NCBI GenBank assembly: GCA_013202295.1
Contig: JABMRT010000118.1
Coordinates: forward strand, 16,109 to 80,108
DNA length: 64,000 nt
Reading direction: 5' to 3'
Source of the DNA: Candidatus Zhuqueibacterota bacterium
Lineage (GTDB): Bacteria > Zhuqueibacterota > QNDG01 > JABMRT01
Part shown: positions 31,638 to 42,358 of the stretch, one piece after another
How the letters are laid out: the number at the start of each line of letters is the position of its first letter
Position numbering within the stretch: the first letter of the stretch is position 1
Notes under the pieces: model-generated
Database searches by the model: none
What the model saw: only the letters and a program-made list of their open reading frames with translations
What the model was told of the DNA's origin: nothing
Position numbers and translations under genes: made by a program

Positions 31638-32833
31638 CAGAACACCTCTATGATTCAAATTCGTATTTGACCGAATTTTCCGCAACTGTTGTCCGGTCCA
31701 CATCCCATGAAAACCAACCGGCCGTCATACTCGATCAAACCGCTTTTTATCCCACATCAGGCGGACAGCCCAATGATACCGGCACGCTGAACAGGATTCC
31801 GGTTCTTGATGTCATTGAACAGGATGGCGAGATTCTCCACCTGCTCGAATCATTTCTCGAAAAAGATCACGCTGTAACTGGTCATATCGACTGGGACCGC
31901 CGGTTCGATCATATGCAGCAGCATACAGGACAGCACATCCTTTCCCAAAGTTTTATCCAAACAACAAAAGCCGAGACCATTGGTTTTCATCTGGGCACAC
32001 AAATTTGCACGATTGATCTGGATCGATCGGGGTTATTAGATGATGCTATTCTGAAGGTTGAATATATAGCAAACCGGATTGTGATGGAGAATCGCACAGT
32101 GCATGTCCATCAAGTTCGACCTGAAGAAGTTTCCCGTTTTAACTTGCGGAAGGCTCCCGTTGCGGAGGAATACATCCGAATCGTTGAGATAGAAGGTTTT
32201 GACGCGAATGGATGCTGCGGGACGCATGTGAAATCTACAGGGGAAGTGGGCGTGATCAAGATTTTGCGTCAGGAGAAATACAAAGGGGGCACGCGTGTCA
32301 CGTTTATCTGCGGGTTCCGCGCGCTTCAGGATTATCAGAAAAAGCAGCAACTGACCAGCGAGACAGCCGCAATTTTGAATAACTCCGAAGATGGGATCAT
32401 CGAGAATTTGGAGCGTTGGAAAACCGACAGAAAAAAGGATCAAAAGCGGTTGAAACTGCTCAGCAGTCAGCTTGTTCAATATGAATCCAGTCAGCTGCTG
32501 GCCGAGGCGGAAACCGTGAACGCCAATAAACTCATCTTTCAATCTTTTTCAGAGCGTGATCCTTCTGAATTGCAAATGCTGGCTCGCCTGCTCATCCAAC
32601 AAGAAAATGTCATTGTTTTACTCGGTTGCACGGATGAAAAGGCCCACCTGGTTCTGGGGTGTCACTCCTCCATCCATCTCAATATGAATGAGTTTCTGCA
32701 GCAGGTGATCTTGTTGATCGATGGAAGGGGTGGTGGGACGAAGCAGTTTGCCCACGGGAACGGCCCGCTTACCAACAAACTCGATCAGGCCTTAGCCAAA
32801 GCTCGGGAGCTTATGCAACAGGCGCTATCATAA
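31634..32833 (+). CDS. alaX: Alanyl-tRNA editing protein AlaX-L-like (AlaRS editing-domain homolog)
   Basis: Zinc-binding editing motifs 'HTGQHILSQ' (HxxxH) and 'GCCGTHVKSTGEVG' (CxxxH). ~400 aa. The start overlaps the dsbD stop by 4 nt (ATGA). Confidence 0.7.
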   Translation: MTEHLYDSNSYLTEFSATVVRSTSHENQPAVILDQTAFYPTSGGQPNDTGTLNRIPVLDVIEQDGEILHLLESFLEKDHAVTGHIDWDRRFDHMQQHTGQHILSQSFIQTTKAETIGFHLGTQICTIDLDRSGLLDDAILKVEYIANRIVMENRTVHVHQVRPEEVSRFNLRKAPVAEEYIRIVEIEGFDANGCCGTHVKSTGEVGVIKILRQEKYKGGTRVTFICGFRALQDYQKKQQLTSETAAILNNSEDGIIENLERWKTDRKKDQKRLKLLSSQLVQYESSQLLAEAETVNANKLIFQSFSERDPSELQMLARLLIQQENVIVLLGCTDEKAHLVLGCHSSIHLNMNEFLQQVILLIDGRGGGTKQFAHGNGPLTNKLDQALAKARELMQQALS

Positions 32834-32913
32834 ATTACTTCTCCTAAAAATTATTTTTTATTTGTTTTTCCTTTGAAATTTCATCAATTTTGATATATTA
32901 ATCGCGGTTTAAT

Positions 32914-33210
32914 ATGGGAAAAACAATGCATTTGGTTACGTTTACATTTGATGTGCATCAAGAGGATCAGCAGGATTTTATTCAGAAATTAGACTCTTTA
33001 AAATCCTTCTGGCAGGATCAGGGAATTGAATTCAGTTTATATCGGGATCAGACTCAGAAAACCCGGTTTCTTCAATTGCTTCGAACGGATCAGTTGGTCG
33101 ATGAAATTTCGCGACTTATCAAAACGGATGAACAAGCCAAGGCAGTTTTTGAAAGCATCCGTGCCGTGGCAGCCCGCGTCTCTATTTCATTTCTTGACCG
33201 TGTGGTATAA
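32914..33210 (+). CDS. Hypothetical small protein (98 aa)
   Basis: ORF preceded by an AT-rich intergenic region. No recognisable motif. Confidence 0.3.
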   Translation: MGKTMHLVTFTFDVHQEDQQDFIQKLDSLKSFWQDQGIEFSLYRDQTQKTRFLQLLRTDQLVDEISRLIKTDEQAKAVFESIRAVAARVSISFLDRVV

Positions 33211-33250
33211 GCGCTAATCCTCTGCTTTTCAATTTTGGATTTTTGTCATC

Positions 33251-34327
33251 ATGATGGAATCAAATAAATTCGCAATTGACTGGTGTGATTCAATCCGCAA
33301 AAGTATTGATTCCATTGATTCTCTGCGAAGTGAGAGAAATGGATTGCAGCCGGATCTGGATTGTGTCATTGAACGCTATCCGATGCGGATCAATCCGTAC
33401 TTTCTGAAGGTTGTCCGGCAGGCAGGTGAGCCGTTGGCCAGGCAGGTCATTCCCGATATTGCGGAACTGGAGGATCAAACCGGATTCGAAGATCCGCTCG
33501 GTGAGGAGAATGACAGCCCGGTTCCGAACCTGACGCATCGCTACCCGGATCGCGTTCTGTTTCTTGTGACCACGGAATGTGCTGTCTATTGTCGTTTCTG
33601 TACGCGAAAGCGTAAAGCAGGCAAAGTCGGTCAGGTTACAGCGGATACGATTGAGGCGGGTCTGTCGTATATTGAACAACACACTGAGGTGAAAGACGTC
33701 CTGGTTTCAGGCGGTGATCCGCTCATGCTTTCGGATGAAAAACTAGCGAACATCCTCCATCGCCTGAAAGCCGTGTCGCATGTTGAGATTATTCGAATCG
33801 GCACACGGATTCCAGGAGTGCTTCCGCAGCGAGTGACTCCGGATTTAGTGGAGATTTTACAACAAACGAATCCTTTGTTTTTGAATCTGCACTTCAATCA
33901 TCCGGCGGAGATCACTGAAGAAGTCAAGACAGCTTGCTCCATGTTGGCAGACGCGGGAATCCCCATGGGCAGCCAGACCGTGCTATTACGCGGGATCAAT
34001 GATGATCCCCAAATTCTGGAAATACTGTTTCGCATGCTGTTGCGAATGCGGATCCGGCCCTATTATTTATTGCATGCCGATCAAACCCGAGGTACGGCCC
34101 ATTTCTGGACCAGGATTGAAACCGGACTTGACATCATGCAGAAATTACGAGGATACATATCAGGATTGGCGGTTCCCACCTATGTGGTGGATTTGCCTGG
34201 CGGCGGAGGCAAGGTCCCGCTCTTGCCAGAGTACATTGTGCACAAAGAAAAGGATGTATGGGAAATCAAGAATTTTCTCGATAAAACGTATCAATATCAC
34301 CAAAGTGATTTGAAACAACACGGATAA
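33251..34327 (+). CDS. KamA-family radical SAM protein (lysine 2,3-aminomutase / EpmB-like)
   Basis: Radical SAM cluster motif 'CAVYCRFCTRK' (CxxxCxxC) and the KamA-family 'VLVSGGDPLML' motif. ~358 aa. Confidence 0.8.
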   Translation: MMESNKFAIDWCDSIRKSIDSIDSLRSERNGLQPDLDCVIERYPMRINPYFLKVVRQAGEPLARQVIPDIAELEDQTGFEDPLGEENDSPVPNLTHRYPDRVLFLVTTECAVYCRFCTRKRKAGKVGQVTADTIEAGLSYIEQHTEVKDVLVSGGDPLMLSDEKLANILHRLKAVSHVEIIRIGTRIPGVLPQRVTPDLVEILQQTNPLFLNLHFNHPAEITEEVKTACSMLADAGIPMGSQTVLLRGINDDPQILEILFRMLLRMRIRPYYLLHADQTRGTAHFWTRIETGLDIMQKLRGYISGLAVPTYVVDLPGGGGKVPLLPEYIVHKEKDVWEIKNFLDKTYQYHQSDLKQHG

Positions 34328-34390
34328 TTGTCCTTATCTTTTATAAATATGATTATATTATACGTGTCGGAATTATAGGAGACAAGAACC

Positions 34391-34840
34391 ATGGTATCTG
34401 TGAAAGAATTATTAGACGCCCGGTATGTGACGTTCCTGGATTGTGAAACCAAAGATGAATGTTTGAACACGCTTGTGGATCTGGTGTCCCAATCCGAAAA
34501 TATTTCAGATGAGCCTGCTTTTCGTAAAGCAGTATTTGAACGCGAATCCATTTTCAGTACGGGCATTGGTTTGGGCATTGCTTTGCCACATGTGAAAATT
34601 CCTGAAGTGAAAGATATGACGGTCGCGGTTGGCATCCACGCCAAAGGTGTGTACTGGGATTCTTTGGATGGCGAACCAGTGCATATTATTTTCCTGATCG
34701 CGGGGTCATCCGATCAACATCGCATCTATTTGCAAACGGTTTCCAAGATTGTGCTGGTTCTGAAAAACGCTAAGCGACGGGAACAATTAATCGTTGCAAA
34801 GTCGCCAGAAGAAATCATTTCACTATTTCATACAGTATAA
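34391..34840 (+). CDS. PTS EIIA type-2 (fructose/nitrogen-regulatory PtsN-like) domain protein
   Basis: Active-site histidine context 'STGIGLGIALPHVKIPEV' (G-I-A-x-P-H). ~150 aa. Confidence 0.7.
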   Translation: MVSVKELLDARYVTFLDCETKDECLNTLVDLVSQSENISDEPAFRKAVFERESIFSTGIGLGIALPHVKIPEVKDMTVAVGIHAKGVYWDSLDGEPVHIIFLIAGSSDQHRIYLQTVSKIVLVLKNAKRREQLIVAKSPEEIISLFHTV

Positions 34841-34850
34841 TGGTTGATTC

Positions 34851-36062
34851 ATGTCTGAATTAAATATACTTATTCTTCTTGCGATTACCGCATTGGCGGC
34901 ATATTTCATCCGGCAATTGACAAGTCGATTGGAGATCCCCACTGTGACCGGGTATGTTCTCCTCGGTGTGGTACTTGGCGTTTCTCTGCTTCGACTCCTT
35001 CATGAAGAGGCCCTTCAACATATGGATCTGGTCAACGATTTGGCACTGGGCCTGATTGGATTTACCATAGGTTCCGAACTGAGACGGGATGTGTTTAAAA
35101 AACTGGGCAAATCCATATTTCTGATTGCCCTGTTTGAATCGTTATGCGCCTTTATCCTCGTCACAGTGTTTGTTTATCTTCTAGATCCAACCCGAATTTA
35201 CCTCGCGCTCATCCTTGGCGCAGTAGCCTCCGCCACGGCACCCGCTGCGACAGTTTATGTCATTCAACAGTATAAAACGAAGGGCCCCCTGACCTCCACA
35301 ATTCTTGCAGTGGTCGGGATTGATGACGCGATTGCGCTGATGATTTTTGTGTTCGCGGCCGCAGTGACCAAAAGTCTTCTTAGCGTTGAACATATATCAT
35401 CGCTTCATATTATATTAACTCCGGTTCTCGAAATATTATTTTCACTCCTTCTTGGGACAATGCTCGGATTGCTCTTTGTCTGGTTGTTCCGGCGAGTGCG
35501 TTTTCCCGATGACCTTTCCCTGGGCATTATTGGTTTCATCCTATTGGGTCTGGGAATCGCTGAACATTTTCATCTCAGCGGACTGCTCGCGATCATGGCC
35601 TTCGGATCGGTATCCTCCAACATGAATCTCATGCTGAACAATCGATCCGGAAAAGTGCTTGAACAGTTTTCGCCTATTTTATTCGCTTGTTTTTTTATAT
35701 TTGGCGGCGCGCATTTGAATCTTACACTTTTGCCTAAGGTGGGAGTACTTGGTCTGGTTTATTTGATTGCCCGCATGGCCGGTAAAATGGGAGGCGCCAG
35801 TCTCGGTGCTTGGATCAGTCGTGCTCCACCCTCTGTTAGAAAGTATATCGGGTTCGCTCTAATTCCACAAGTGGGTGTGGCGATCGCATTGGCGATTCTT
35901 GTGAAAAAGGAGTTTGGAACCGGTGCCTTTGGCGAAGAAGGCATGCATCTGGCTGAAGTGGTGATCAATGTGCTTCTTTTTACAACGATCATTACAGAAA
36001 TTGTTGGTCCGTTGTTAACCAAAATGGCATTGACTCGAGCCGGAGAAAGACAAAGCGATTGA
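34851..36062 (+). CDS. Cation:proton antiporter (Na+/H+ exchanger family, CPA-type) membrane protein
   Basis: ~12 predicted TM helices. Gly/Ala-rich helices typical of the CPA fold. ~400 aa. Confidence 0.6.
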   Translation: MSELNILILLAITALAAYFIRQLTSRLEIPTVTGYVLLGVVLGVSLLRLLHEEALQHMDLVNDLALGLIGFTIGSELRRDVFKKLGKSIFLIALFESLCAFILVTVFVYLLDPTRIYLALILGAVASATAPAATVYVIQQYKTKGPLTSTILAVVGIDDAIALMIFVFAAAVTKSLLSVEHISSLHIILTPVLEILFSLLLGTMLGLLFVWLFRRVRFPDDLSLGIIGFILLGLGIAEHFHLSGLLAIMAFGSVSSNMNLMLNNRSGKVLEQFSPILFACFFIFGGAHLNLTLLPKVGVLGLVYLIARMAGKMGGASLGAWISRAPPSVRKYIGFALIPQVGVAIALAILVKKEFGTGAFGEEGMHLAEVVINVLLFTTIITEIVGPLLTKMALTRAGERQSD

Positions 36063-36159
36063 TGTTTTCCTTTTAGGAGTTTTTACATTGTGTTATACCT
36101 AAATCCAGGAATCGGTATGTTCAAGTCCTTGTGAAAAGAGGCAATAGCCGATCCGATCT

Positions 36160-36525
36160 TTGGGGAGAAAAAGCATGTATTATTTAATTATCCAACTGTT
36201 CAAAACCGAATATAAAGAGGATCTTCTCCTCGCCTTGACATCATGTGGAATCGAGAAAGGCAGTCTGTTCGAGGGGCAGAATCTGGATAAGCTGCTTCAG
36301 CGGGATTATCCTCTATTCACCGGATTTGTGCGATCTGAAGATGAACGTGAACGGTTCTCAGCGTTGGTCACAGCAGTCGTGGATCGCAAAGAGCGCGTGG
36401 ATGAATTGATCGCTCTGCTCAAAGAAGCGGATATTGACATCCGTAAAGAGGAGATCCTCAGAATTGTGCTTCTGCCCGCCCATCGTATTCTCGACCATGA
36501 AATCGATTGGGAAGGGGAAGCATGA
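36160..36525 (+). CDS. Hypothetical small protein (start probably ATG at 36175, 'MYYLII...')
   Basis: ORF between the antiporter and the UDPGP gene. Its stop overlaps the start of the next gene (ATGA). Confidence 0.35.
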   Translation: MGRKSMYYLIIQLFKTEYKEDLLLALTSCGIEKGSLFEGQNLDKLLQRDYPLFTGFVRSEDERERFSALVTAVVDRKERVDELIALLKEADIDIRKEEILRIVLLPAHRILDHEIDWEGEA

Positions 36526-37955
36526 TTCAGGCGTTGCGACACGAAGATCAAATTCTGATAGAAAAAGTGGTTGAATTTAATCAGGCTCAAATCTTTGATT
36601 GGTGGGCTGAGCTCCCTGACTCCTCAAAGCAAAATCTGCTTGATCAGGTTCGGTTGATTGATTTTAAACAGGTGCAATATTTTCAAGAATTACTTAATAA
36701 TCAGTCCACCCATAATGCGCCGATTCATATGGAGCCGGCGGAGTACATCGCCTTGCCTGAAAACGAATCCTCCGAAGCCGCACGCAAAGAAGCAATGGTA
36801 ATCGGTGAAGATGCTATCCGCAACGGACGTACCGGTGTGTTTACTGTGGCGGGCGGCCAGGGTACACGCCTGGGATTTGACGGGCCGAAGGGGAGCTTTC
36901 CCTGCAGTCCGGTGACAAAGAAAAGTTTATTTGAACTACAGGCCGAGCGAATTCTTGCGATCCAGAAGGCATATGGGGTTATTATTCCCTGGTACCTCAT
37001 GACCAGCCCCACGAATGATGCGGCAACCCGATCTTTCTTTAGCCAGCATCTGTATTTCGGCCTGAATCCCAAAGACGTTCTATTCCCCTGTCAACGCATG
37101 TTGCCAACGCTGGATGATAACGGCAAGCTCATTCTCGATGCCAAAGATCATATCGCTGTGAGCCCGAACGGGCATGGCGGCACCTTTCTCGCCATGCAGG
37201 ATGGTGGTGTGCTGGAGGATGCGGATCGGCGAGGTGTGGATATTCTCTCGTATTACCAGGTGGACAATATCCTTATCCGGGTTATTGATCCTGTGTTTGT
37301 CGGGTTTCATTTAAATATGGGCGCGGGCATGTCTTCTAAAATGATCAAGAAGAATGATCCTCAAGAAAAAGTTGGACACTTCGGCCTGATTGATAATCAC
37401 CTTCATGTGGTTGAATACAGTGACATGACTGAAGCGGATATGGAGGCGAGGAATCCGGACGACAGTTTGAAATATGAGGCGGGCAGTATAGGCATTCATC
37501 TTATCAATACCGGATTCGTCCGCGAACAATTCCGTGACGGATTAAAGTTGCCCTTTCACATTGCCCATAAAAAGATCCCGATTCTTCAGAAGGATGGAAG
37601 GATATCAAATCCAGACATCCCGAACGGATACAAGTTCGAGATGTTTGTGTTTGATGCGCTTGCCGATACCAAAGAATCAGTGATTCTCGAAATCCGGCGC
37701 GAAAAGGAATTCAGTCCGATTAAAAACCGGGAGGAGAGCGATTCCCCGCAAACGGCTAAACAGGATTTAAACAATTATTTCGGCTCCTGGCTTGAGGCTT
37801 CGGGATATACTGTGCCTCGTGACTCCGAAAGCAATGTGCAGTGTGATATCGAGGTTCATCCTCTTTATGCGTGCACACAAGATGAGTTTGTGCAAAAAGT
37901 TCCAAAGCATATGGAACTGACTAAACAGATGGTATTTCATCCCGATTCAGATTAA
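36522..37955 (+). CDS. UDPGP-family (eukaryotic-type UDP-N-acetylglucosamine / UDP-sugar) pyrophosphorylase
   Basis: Nucleotide-binding signature 'VFTVAGGQGTRLGFDGPKGSFP' (UDPGP family 'AGGQGTRLG'). ~480 aa. The start overlaps the upstream stop. Confidence 0.8.
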   Translation: MIQALRHEDQILIEKVVEFNQAQIFDWWAELPDSSKQNLLDQVRLIDFKQVQYFQELLNNQSTHNAPIHMEPAEYIALPENESSEAARKEAMVIGEDAIRNGRTGVFTVAGGQGTRLGFDGPKGSFPCSPVTKKSLFELQAERILAIQKAYGVIIPWYLMTSPTNDAATRSFFSQHLYFGLNPKDVLFPCQRMLPTLDDNGKLILDAKDHIAVSPNGHGGTFLAMQDGGVLEDADRRGVDILSYYQVDNILIRVIDPVFVGFHLNMGAGMSSKMIKKNDPQEKVGHFGLIDNHLHVVEYSDMTEADMEARNPDDSLKYEAGSIGIHLINTGFVREQFRDGLKLPFHIAHKKIPILQKDGRISNPDIPNGYKFEMFVFDALADTKESVILEIRREKEFSPIKNREESDSPQTAKQDLNNYFGSWLEASGYTVPRDSESNVQCDIEVHPLYACTQDEFVQKVPKHMELTKQMVFHPDSD

Positions 37956-37974
37956 AACAGCGGATGGAGGCGTT

Positions 37975-39072
37975 ATGATAGAGACTATTAAAATGTATCT
38001 TGAATATGAGTGGGTATTGAACGGTTTGAAATCCCTTGCCCTTTTGGCGCTCTTTGGCCTTTTGGTGTTGATTATCCGCAAGGTGTTGAACCGGGTTCCT
38101 CTTGAAAAGCCGCGCAGGATGTTGGTGAAACGATGGATCACGCGGGTGTTATGGATTATTTACGGGATTGTGTTGGTGCGAATCTGGGCTGTTTCAGATC
38201 TGTTCGCCATTTTTAGGAAGCCGTATATTCAAAAAATTCTCCATTCTCTTATCGCATTCGCCATTGTCTATATTGCACTGTTCTTTACAACCCAATTTAT
38301 CAATCAACTCAAGATCGAAATTGCGGCACGCCATCAGTATCGCAAGCGCGCCGGATACATTGCTACCTTCATATACATTCTGGCGCTCATTCCTATCTGG
38401 GCCGAAACGAGCAACCAATGGGTGACAGTATTCTCGGTGATGGGTGCCGGTATTGCTTTAGCACTTCATGAGATGCTGCTCAATATTGCGGGATGGTTCT
38501 ATATTGTGATTCGTCATCCGTATCGAACCGGAGACCGGATTGAATTGGGATCGCTTCGCGGTGATGTGATCGACATCCGGCTTTTTCAAACGACTCTGCT
38601 TGAACTGGGCAACTGGGTGGATGGTGATCAAAGCACAGGCCGGGTGGTTCATATGCCGCACGGTCAAATTTTCCGAAATCCTTTATTCAATTACACACAA
38701 GGCTTTGAATTTCTCTGGAACGAACTGCCCGTGCTTCTCACATTTGAAAGTGATTGGGAGAAAGCAAAATCCATCCTTTTAAAATTTGGAGAAGAAGCCA
38801 GTAAAGACGTTCAGGAGCAGGTCAAGCTAAGAATTGACCGGATGTCGCGTGAGTATCTTATCTATTATAAAAATTTCACACCTATTGTATATACGAAAAT
38901 TGAAGAAAGCGGCGTCAAGATCACGCTGCGGTATCTGACTGAAGCGAGGAAAAGGCGTAGCGGTGAAAATACTATCAGCCAGAAAGTCCTCCAGGCCATC
39001 AACCTTGAACCTAACATAGATTTTGCTTACCCAACCTATCGTATTTATAAACGCGGTGAGGATGGATCGTAA
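37975..39072 (+). CDS. Mechanosensitive ion channel, MscS family
   Basis: N-terminal TM helices followed by the MscS beta-domain 'GDRIELGSLRGDVIDIRLFQTTLLELGNWVDG...VHMPHGQIF'. Confidence 0.75.
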   Translation: MIETIKMYLEYEWVLNGLKSLALLALFGLLVLIIRKVLNRVPLEKPRRMLVKRWITRVLWIIYGIVLVRIWAVSDLFAIFRKPYIQKILHSLIAFAIVYIALFFTTQFINQLKIEIAARHQYRKRAGYIATFIYILALIPIWAETSNQWVTVFSVMGAGIALALHEMLLNIAGWFYIVIRHPYRTGDRIELGSLRGDVIDIRLFQTTLLELGNWVDGDQSTGRVVHMPHGQIFRNPLFNYTQGFEFLWNELPVLLTFESDWEKAKSILLKFGEEASKDVQEQVKLRIDRMSREYLIYYKNFTPIVYTKIEESGVKITLRYLTEARKRRSGENTISQKVLQAINLEPNIDFAYPTYRIYKRGEDGS

Positions 39073-39118
39073 ATTGTAATCCCATCAGAATCCGATTTAC
39101 GGCCCAACCGTATTTATT

Positions 39119-42100
39119 ATGGCAGAGAAAAAGACACGCAAATCCGCAAAAAGATCTCCAGGAAGGTTCCGGAGACGGTTTCTCTGGAGTATCGGTATCC
39201 TCTTGTCGCTCATCCTATTGTTCAACCTTTTAATTCGTTTGTTCTTTCCCGAGCACAAGATTCGTGCACTCTTGGCCGATCAGATTTATCAAGCCACGGG
39301 CCGCCCATTTGAAGTCGACCGAATTTCATGGAGCTTGCTCGGTGCTCTGGATTTGGAAGGCGTACGCCTGGGATTTACCGAGGCAGAAGGCAAACCGGAT
39401 GCATATCTCGTCCAAATGGAGCGAGGGCGGCTTCGTTTTAGGCTGTTGCCGCTCCTAAAGAAGCAGCTCCAGGTTTCAGATATTCTCCTTGATACTCCGC
39501 AGATCCATTTGATTCCTGCAGTTCTTGCAAGTCAGGACACACTTTCTGGCGTGTCCTCTAACACTCCAAAATCGAAAGTCTCAGAGATTGATACCAGTTC
39601 CTTTAAAAAAGAATCCTTGCCGATCTCGATGGGACTGTCGAAATTTAATCTGAAGGATTTCCGTCTTCGTATCTCCTTTCCAGATTCCATACAACTGAAA
39701 GAAATTGAACTGACAGGATTAAATGTCAATGTACAGGATCTTTATGTGCCAACTGATATTCTCAAAAATCAGGATCGGCTTCGTGGGCAAGTGCGTGTTT
39801 TTACAGAGGACGCCCGATTATTCATAAAAGCGACTGATTTAACTGCTGAGTGGACTCCGAATTTCGATATTCAGGCGGTCTGGGCGAAAGAAGCGCGATG
39901 GCGTGTCCGGGGCGGAATCCATTTACTGCCCAGGGATAATCCCGCCGACAGTTTATTTATGGATCTGGATATAGAGGGTCGAGGTTTGGGTCAGGAAACG
40001 CGTATGCGGCATCTGGCAATCGGGCTTGGCCCGTGGCGGCCCATTCTAATGACCGGCACAGTCCAAATAGTCGATGAGGAACCCATCTATGATATGCAAC
40101 TCGGCGGTGATGAAGTGGATTTATCCGCGATCACTGCTTTTCTCCAACGCACCCTTCCCTCACCTTTTAGTGATCCACTTAATGATCTTGAATTGTCAGG
40201 TAAAATGTCCCTCTTAAACGGCCAGGTTCACGGTAAGGGGCTGGATGTTCATGCGAAAATCCTATCCCGGCTCGACCAAGCCCGACTTGCTATCCCTAAG
40301 CAATCCATATCAGTGGGCCCAGTAAACTATGAATTTGAGATCGACGGGGAATGGAATCCAAAGGGTTTGAAAAAGGCACATATACTCGGGAGCATGGAGA
40401 TTGAGCAAGTATCCGCACCGTTGAGTGATACTTCCGATGTCTCTGTGCGTGACATTCGAATTTTCCTTGATACAAATCTGGATTCCCTCTTTTATCCCGC
40501 TCAGGGTCAAATCAAGGTCAATGTGGGCAATCTCTATCAGAGCCGGATGAACCTCGGATTGAACTGGGATGCAAAGGATTTGCCATCCCTAAAGGATTTT
40601 CGGTTGGACGGAGAACTTCGCCTTGATTCCCTGTTCGTGGAAAACCTGCCCATTCCCGATCTGCCGGTTGTGGGGCAGGTGGGAGCCGGTCTTACTATTC
40701 GAGCCACGGGCATGGATTCCATTCTTATTGAATTGACGGGCAATACGAGTGATGGTCAGATGCTTACAGATTTCGGCAGGGACAATGTACCTGATTACAA
40801 TTGGATGGCCAAGATCCATGCCCAAGTGGCAGAGGATTTTTCTGAGCTCACTGTACCGTCTGCACGTTTTCGTATAGGCGAGCTGTTCTCCCTGGATGCC
40901 AATGCCCGTTTCCTTCCGGAAACCCGGCAATTCCAGGCGGAAGTCACGGACGCCCATTTTCATAATGAAAAAATCCAAAATTATTTGCCAGAACAAATTC
41001 ATGCAGAGTTGGCTCATTTGAGGTTGGGAGGAGAGGAGACATTCCAAGGCATTGTGACGGGTCAGCTCACGGATTCAATCCCGATGTATAAACTGTCCGC
41101 CGAAGTCGGTGTAAGCAGTGGGAGTATGCAGGACACACTGTCCGGCATTTCAGTCCAGGACATTGAGGCTGAAATTAAGACTTCGGGAGATCAGGATCGC
41201 ATTGAGGGCACAGGTTCCATCAAGGTTGGAGAATTTATTCTCGCTTCACAGGGGCCCGATCCCATTCGGAATGGTCACATCCAATTCGACTGGGGCGTGC
41301 AGAATCCCGATAGCCTGTGGATCGACGCGGGTCAATTTTTGATCGACAGCCTGGGTGTGCAATCGCAATTCGACGCCACTGTGCATCCGAGTGATTCGAT
41401 TCCTTTAATCAGCAGCCGCATCCGACTGGGAGTATCTTCTCACAATTGGAAAAATATCGTTCAGGGCATTCAATTTAAAGGAGGCTTAAACGGAGAGATC
41501 CAAGCTTCCAACGACCTGCTTGATCGTAACAAAATCCTCCTTGAGGGCCATATCGCATTTGATTCGCTGTCAATCAATCAGGGTGAATTGATTCAGATTG
41601 TGGATGTTCAAGGCCGGATTCCCCTGCGCTTTCATGCCAGTCTGGATGGCCGGCTCATTCCGGAAGCTCATTATGAGCCGGTCAGCTGGATTGAATATGA
41701 AGAGCGGCAGGATTTAATCCGAACACTTTGGTCAGGTGATAAGCGGTTGCAGATTCAGTCTATCAAGATCAATGACTATGCCATCAATCACATCCGGATG
41801 GATACGGATTTCAGTCATGGCATGATTCAAATTCCTTCCTTTCAGATGGAGGTTTTTGAGGGCAATATCGGAGGCTCGCTCTGGTTCGATCCGGCGGATG
41901 GTCGGCTGGAGATGATGCGGTATGGTATTCGCGCGCAAGCCTCACGCATCAATTCCGCAGCTCTCACGGAGAATCAGAAATCAAAGGAGAATACGGAACT
42001 CAACGCCAACCTGGCTTTTAACGGGCAGGGTCTGGATATTGAAAAAGGATTGGACTTTGATGGATATTTTCATATTACACAGGTGGGGCCCAAATTTGCG

Positions 42101-42343
42101 AGCACCTTACTGAAAGGAATGGATCCCAAGGGTTCGGACCGCTCGATCCGTTTGACACGACGCCTGCTGGATATGGGATGGAAACCCAAACTGTTCAGTT
42201 TTGAGCTGAGACACGGTCACGTGTATCCATCGCTGTCGCTTTCTCAGCCGTGGTTTTCACCCATTCGAATTCCTGGCAGGCTGGAATACGGGCGCATCCC
42301 GTTCGCGTTTTTTCTTTCGAATCAATTAACAGCACCACAATAG
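39119..42343 (+). CDS. AsmA/TamB/YdbH-like large inner-membrane-anchored periplasmic protein
   Basis: N-terminal basic stretch plus TM anchor ('RRRFLWSIGILLSLILLFNLLI'). ~1050-aa periplasmic beta-rich region, with size and topology like the AsmA family. No catalytic motifs. Confidence 0.5.
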   Translation: MAEKKTRKSAKRSPGRFRRRFLWSIGILLSLILLFNLLIRLFFPEHKIRALLADQIYQATGRPFEVDRISWSLLGALDLEGVRLGFTEAEGKPDAYLVQMERGRLRFRLLPLLKKQLQVSDILLDTPQIHLIPAVLASQDTLSGVSSNTPKSKVSEIDTSSFKKESLPISMGLSKFNLKDFRLRISFPDSIQLKEIELTGLNVNVQDLYVPTDILKNQDRLRGQVRVFTEDARLFIKATDLTAEWTPNFDIQAVWAKEARWRVRGGIHLLPRDNPADSLFMDLDIEGRGLGQETRMRHLAIGLGPWRPILMTGTVQIVDEEPIYDMQLGGDEVDLSAITAFLQRTLPSPFSDPLNDLELSGKMSLLNGQVHGKGLDVHAKILSRLDQARLAIPKQSISVGPVNYEFEIDGEWNPKGLKKAHILGSMEIEQVSAPLSDTSDVSVRDIRIFLDTNLDSLFYPAQGQIKVNVGNLYQSRMNLGLNWDAKDLPSLKDFRLDGELRLDSLFVENLPIPDLPVVGQVGAGLTIRATGMDSILIELTGNTSDGQMLTDFGRDNVPDYNWMAKIHAQVAEDFSELTVPSARFRIGELFSLDANARFLPETRQFQAEVTDAHFHNEKIQNYLPEQIHAELAHLRLGGEETFQGIVTGQLTDSIPMYKLSAEVGVSSGSMQDTLSGISVQDIEAEIKTSGDQDRIEGTGSIKVGEFILASQGPDPIRNGHIQFDWGVQNPDSLWIDAGQFLIDSLGVQSQFDATVHPSDSIPLISSRIRLGVSSHNWKNIVQGIQFKGGLNGEIQASNDLLDRNKILLEGHIAFDSLSINQGELIQIVDVQGRIPLRFHASLDGRLIPEAHYEPVSWIEYEERQDLIRTLWSGDKRLQIQSIKINDYAINHIRMDTDFSHGMIQIPSFQMEVFEGNIGGSLWFDPADGRLEMMRYGIRAQASRINSAALTENQKSKENTELNANLAFNGQGLDIEKGLDFDGYFHITQVGPKFASTLLKGMDPKGSDRSIRLTRRLLDMGWKPKLFSFELRHGHVYPSLSLSQPWFSPIRIPGRLEYGRIPFAFFLSNQLTAPQ

Positions 42344-42358
42344 AAGGAGGATTAAATC

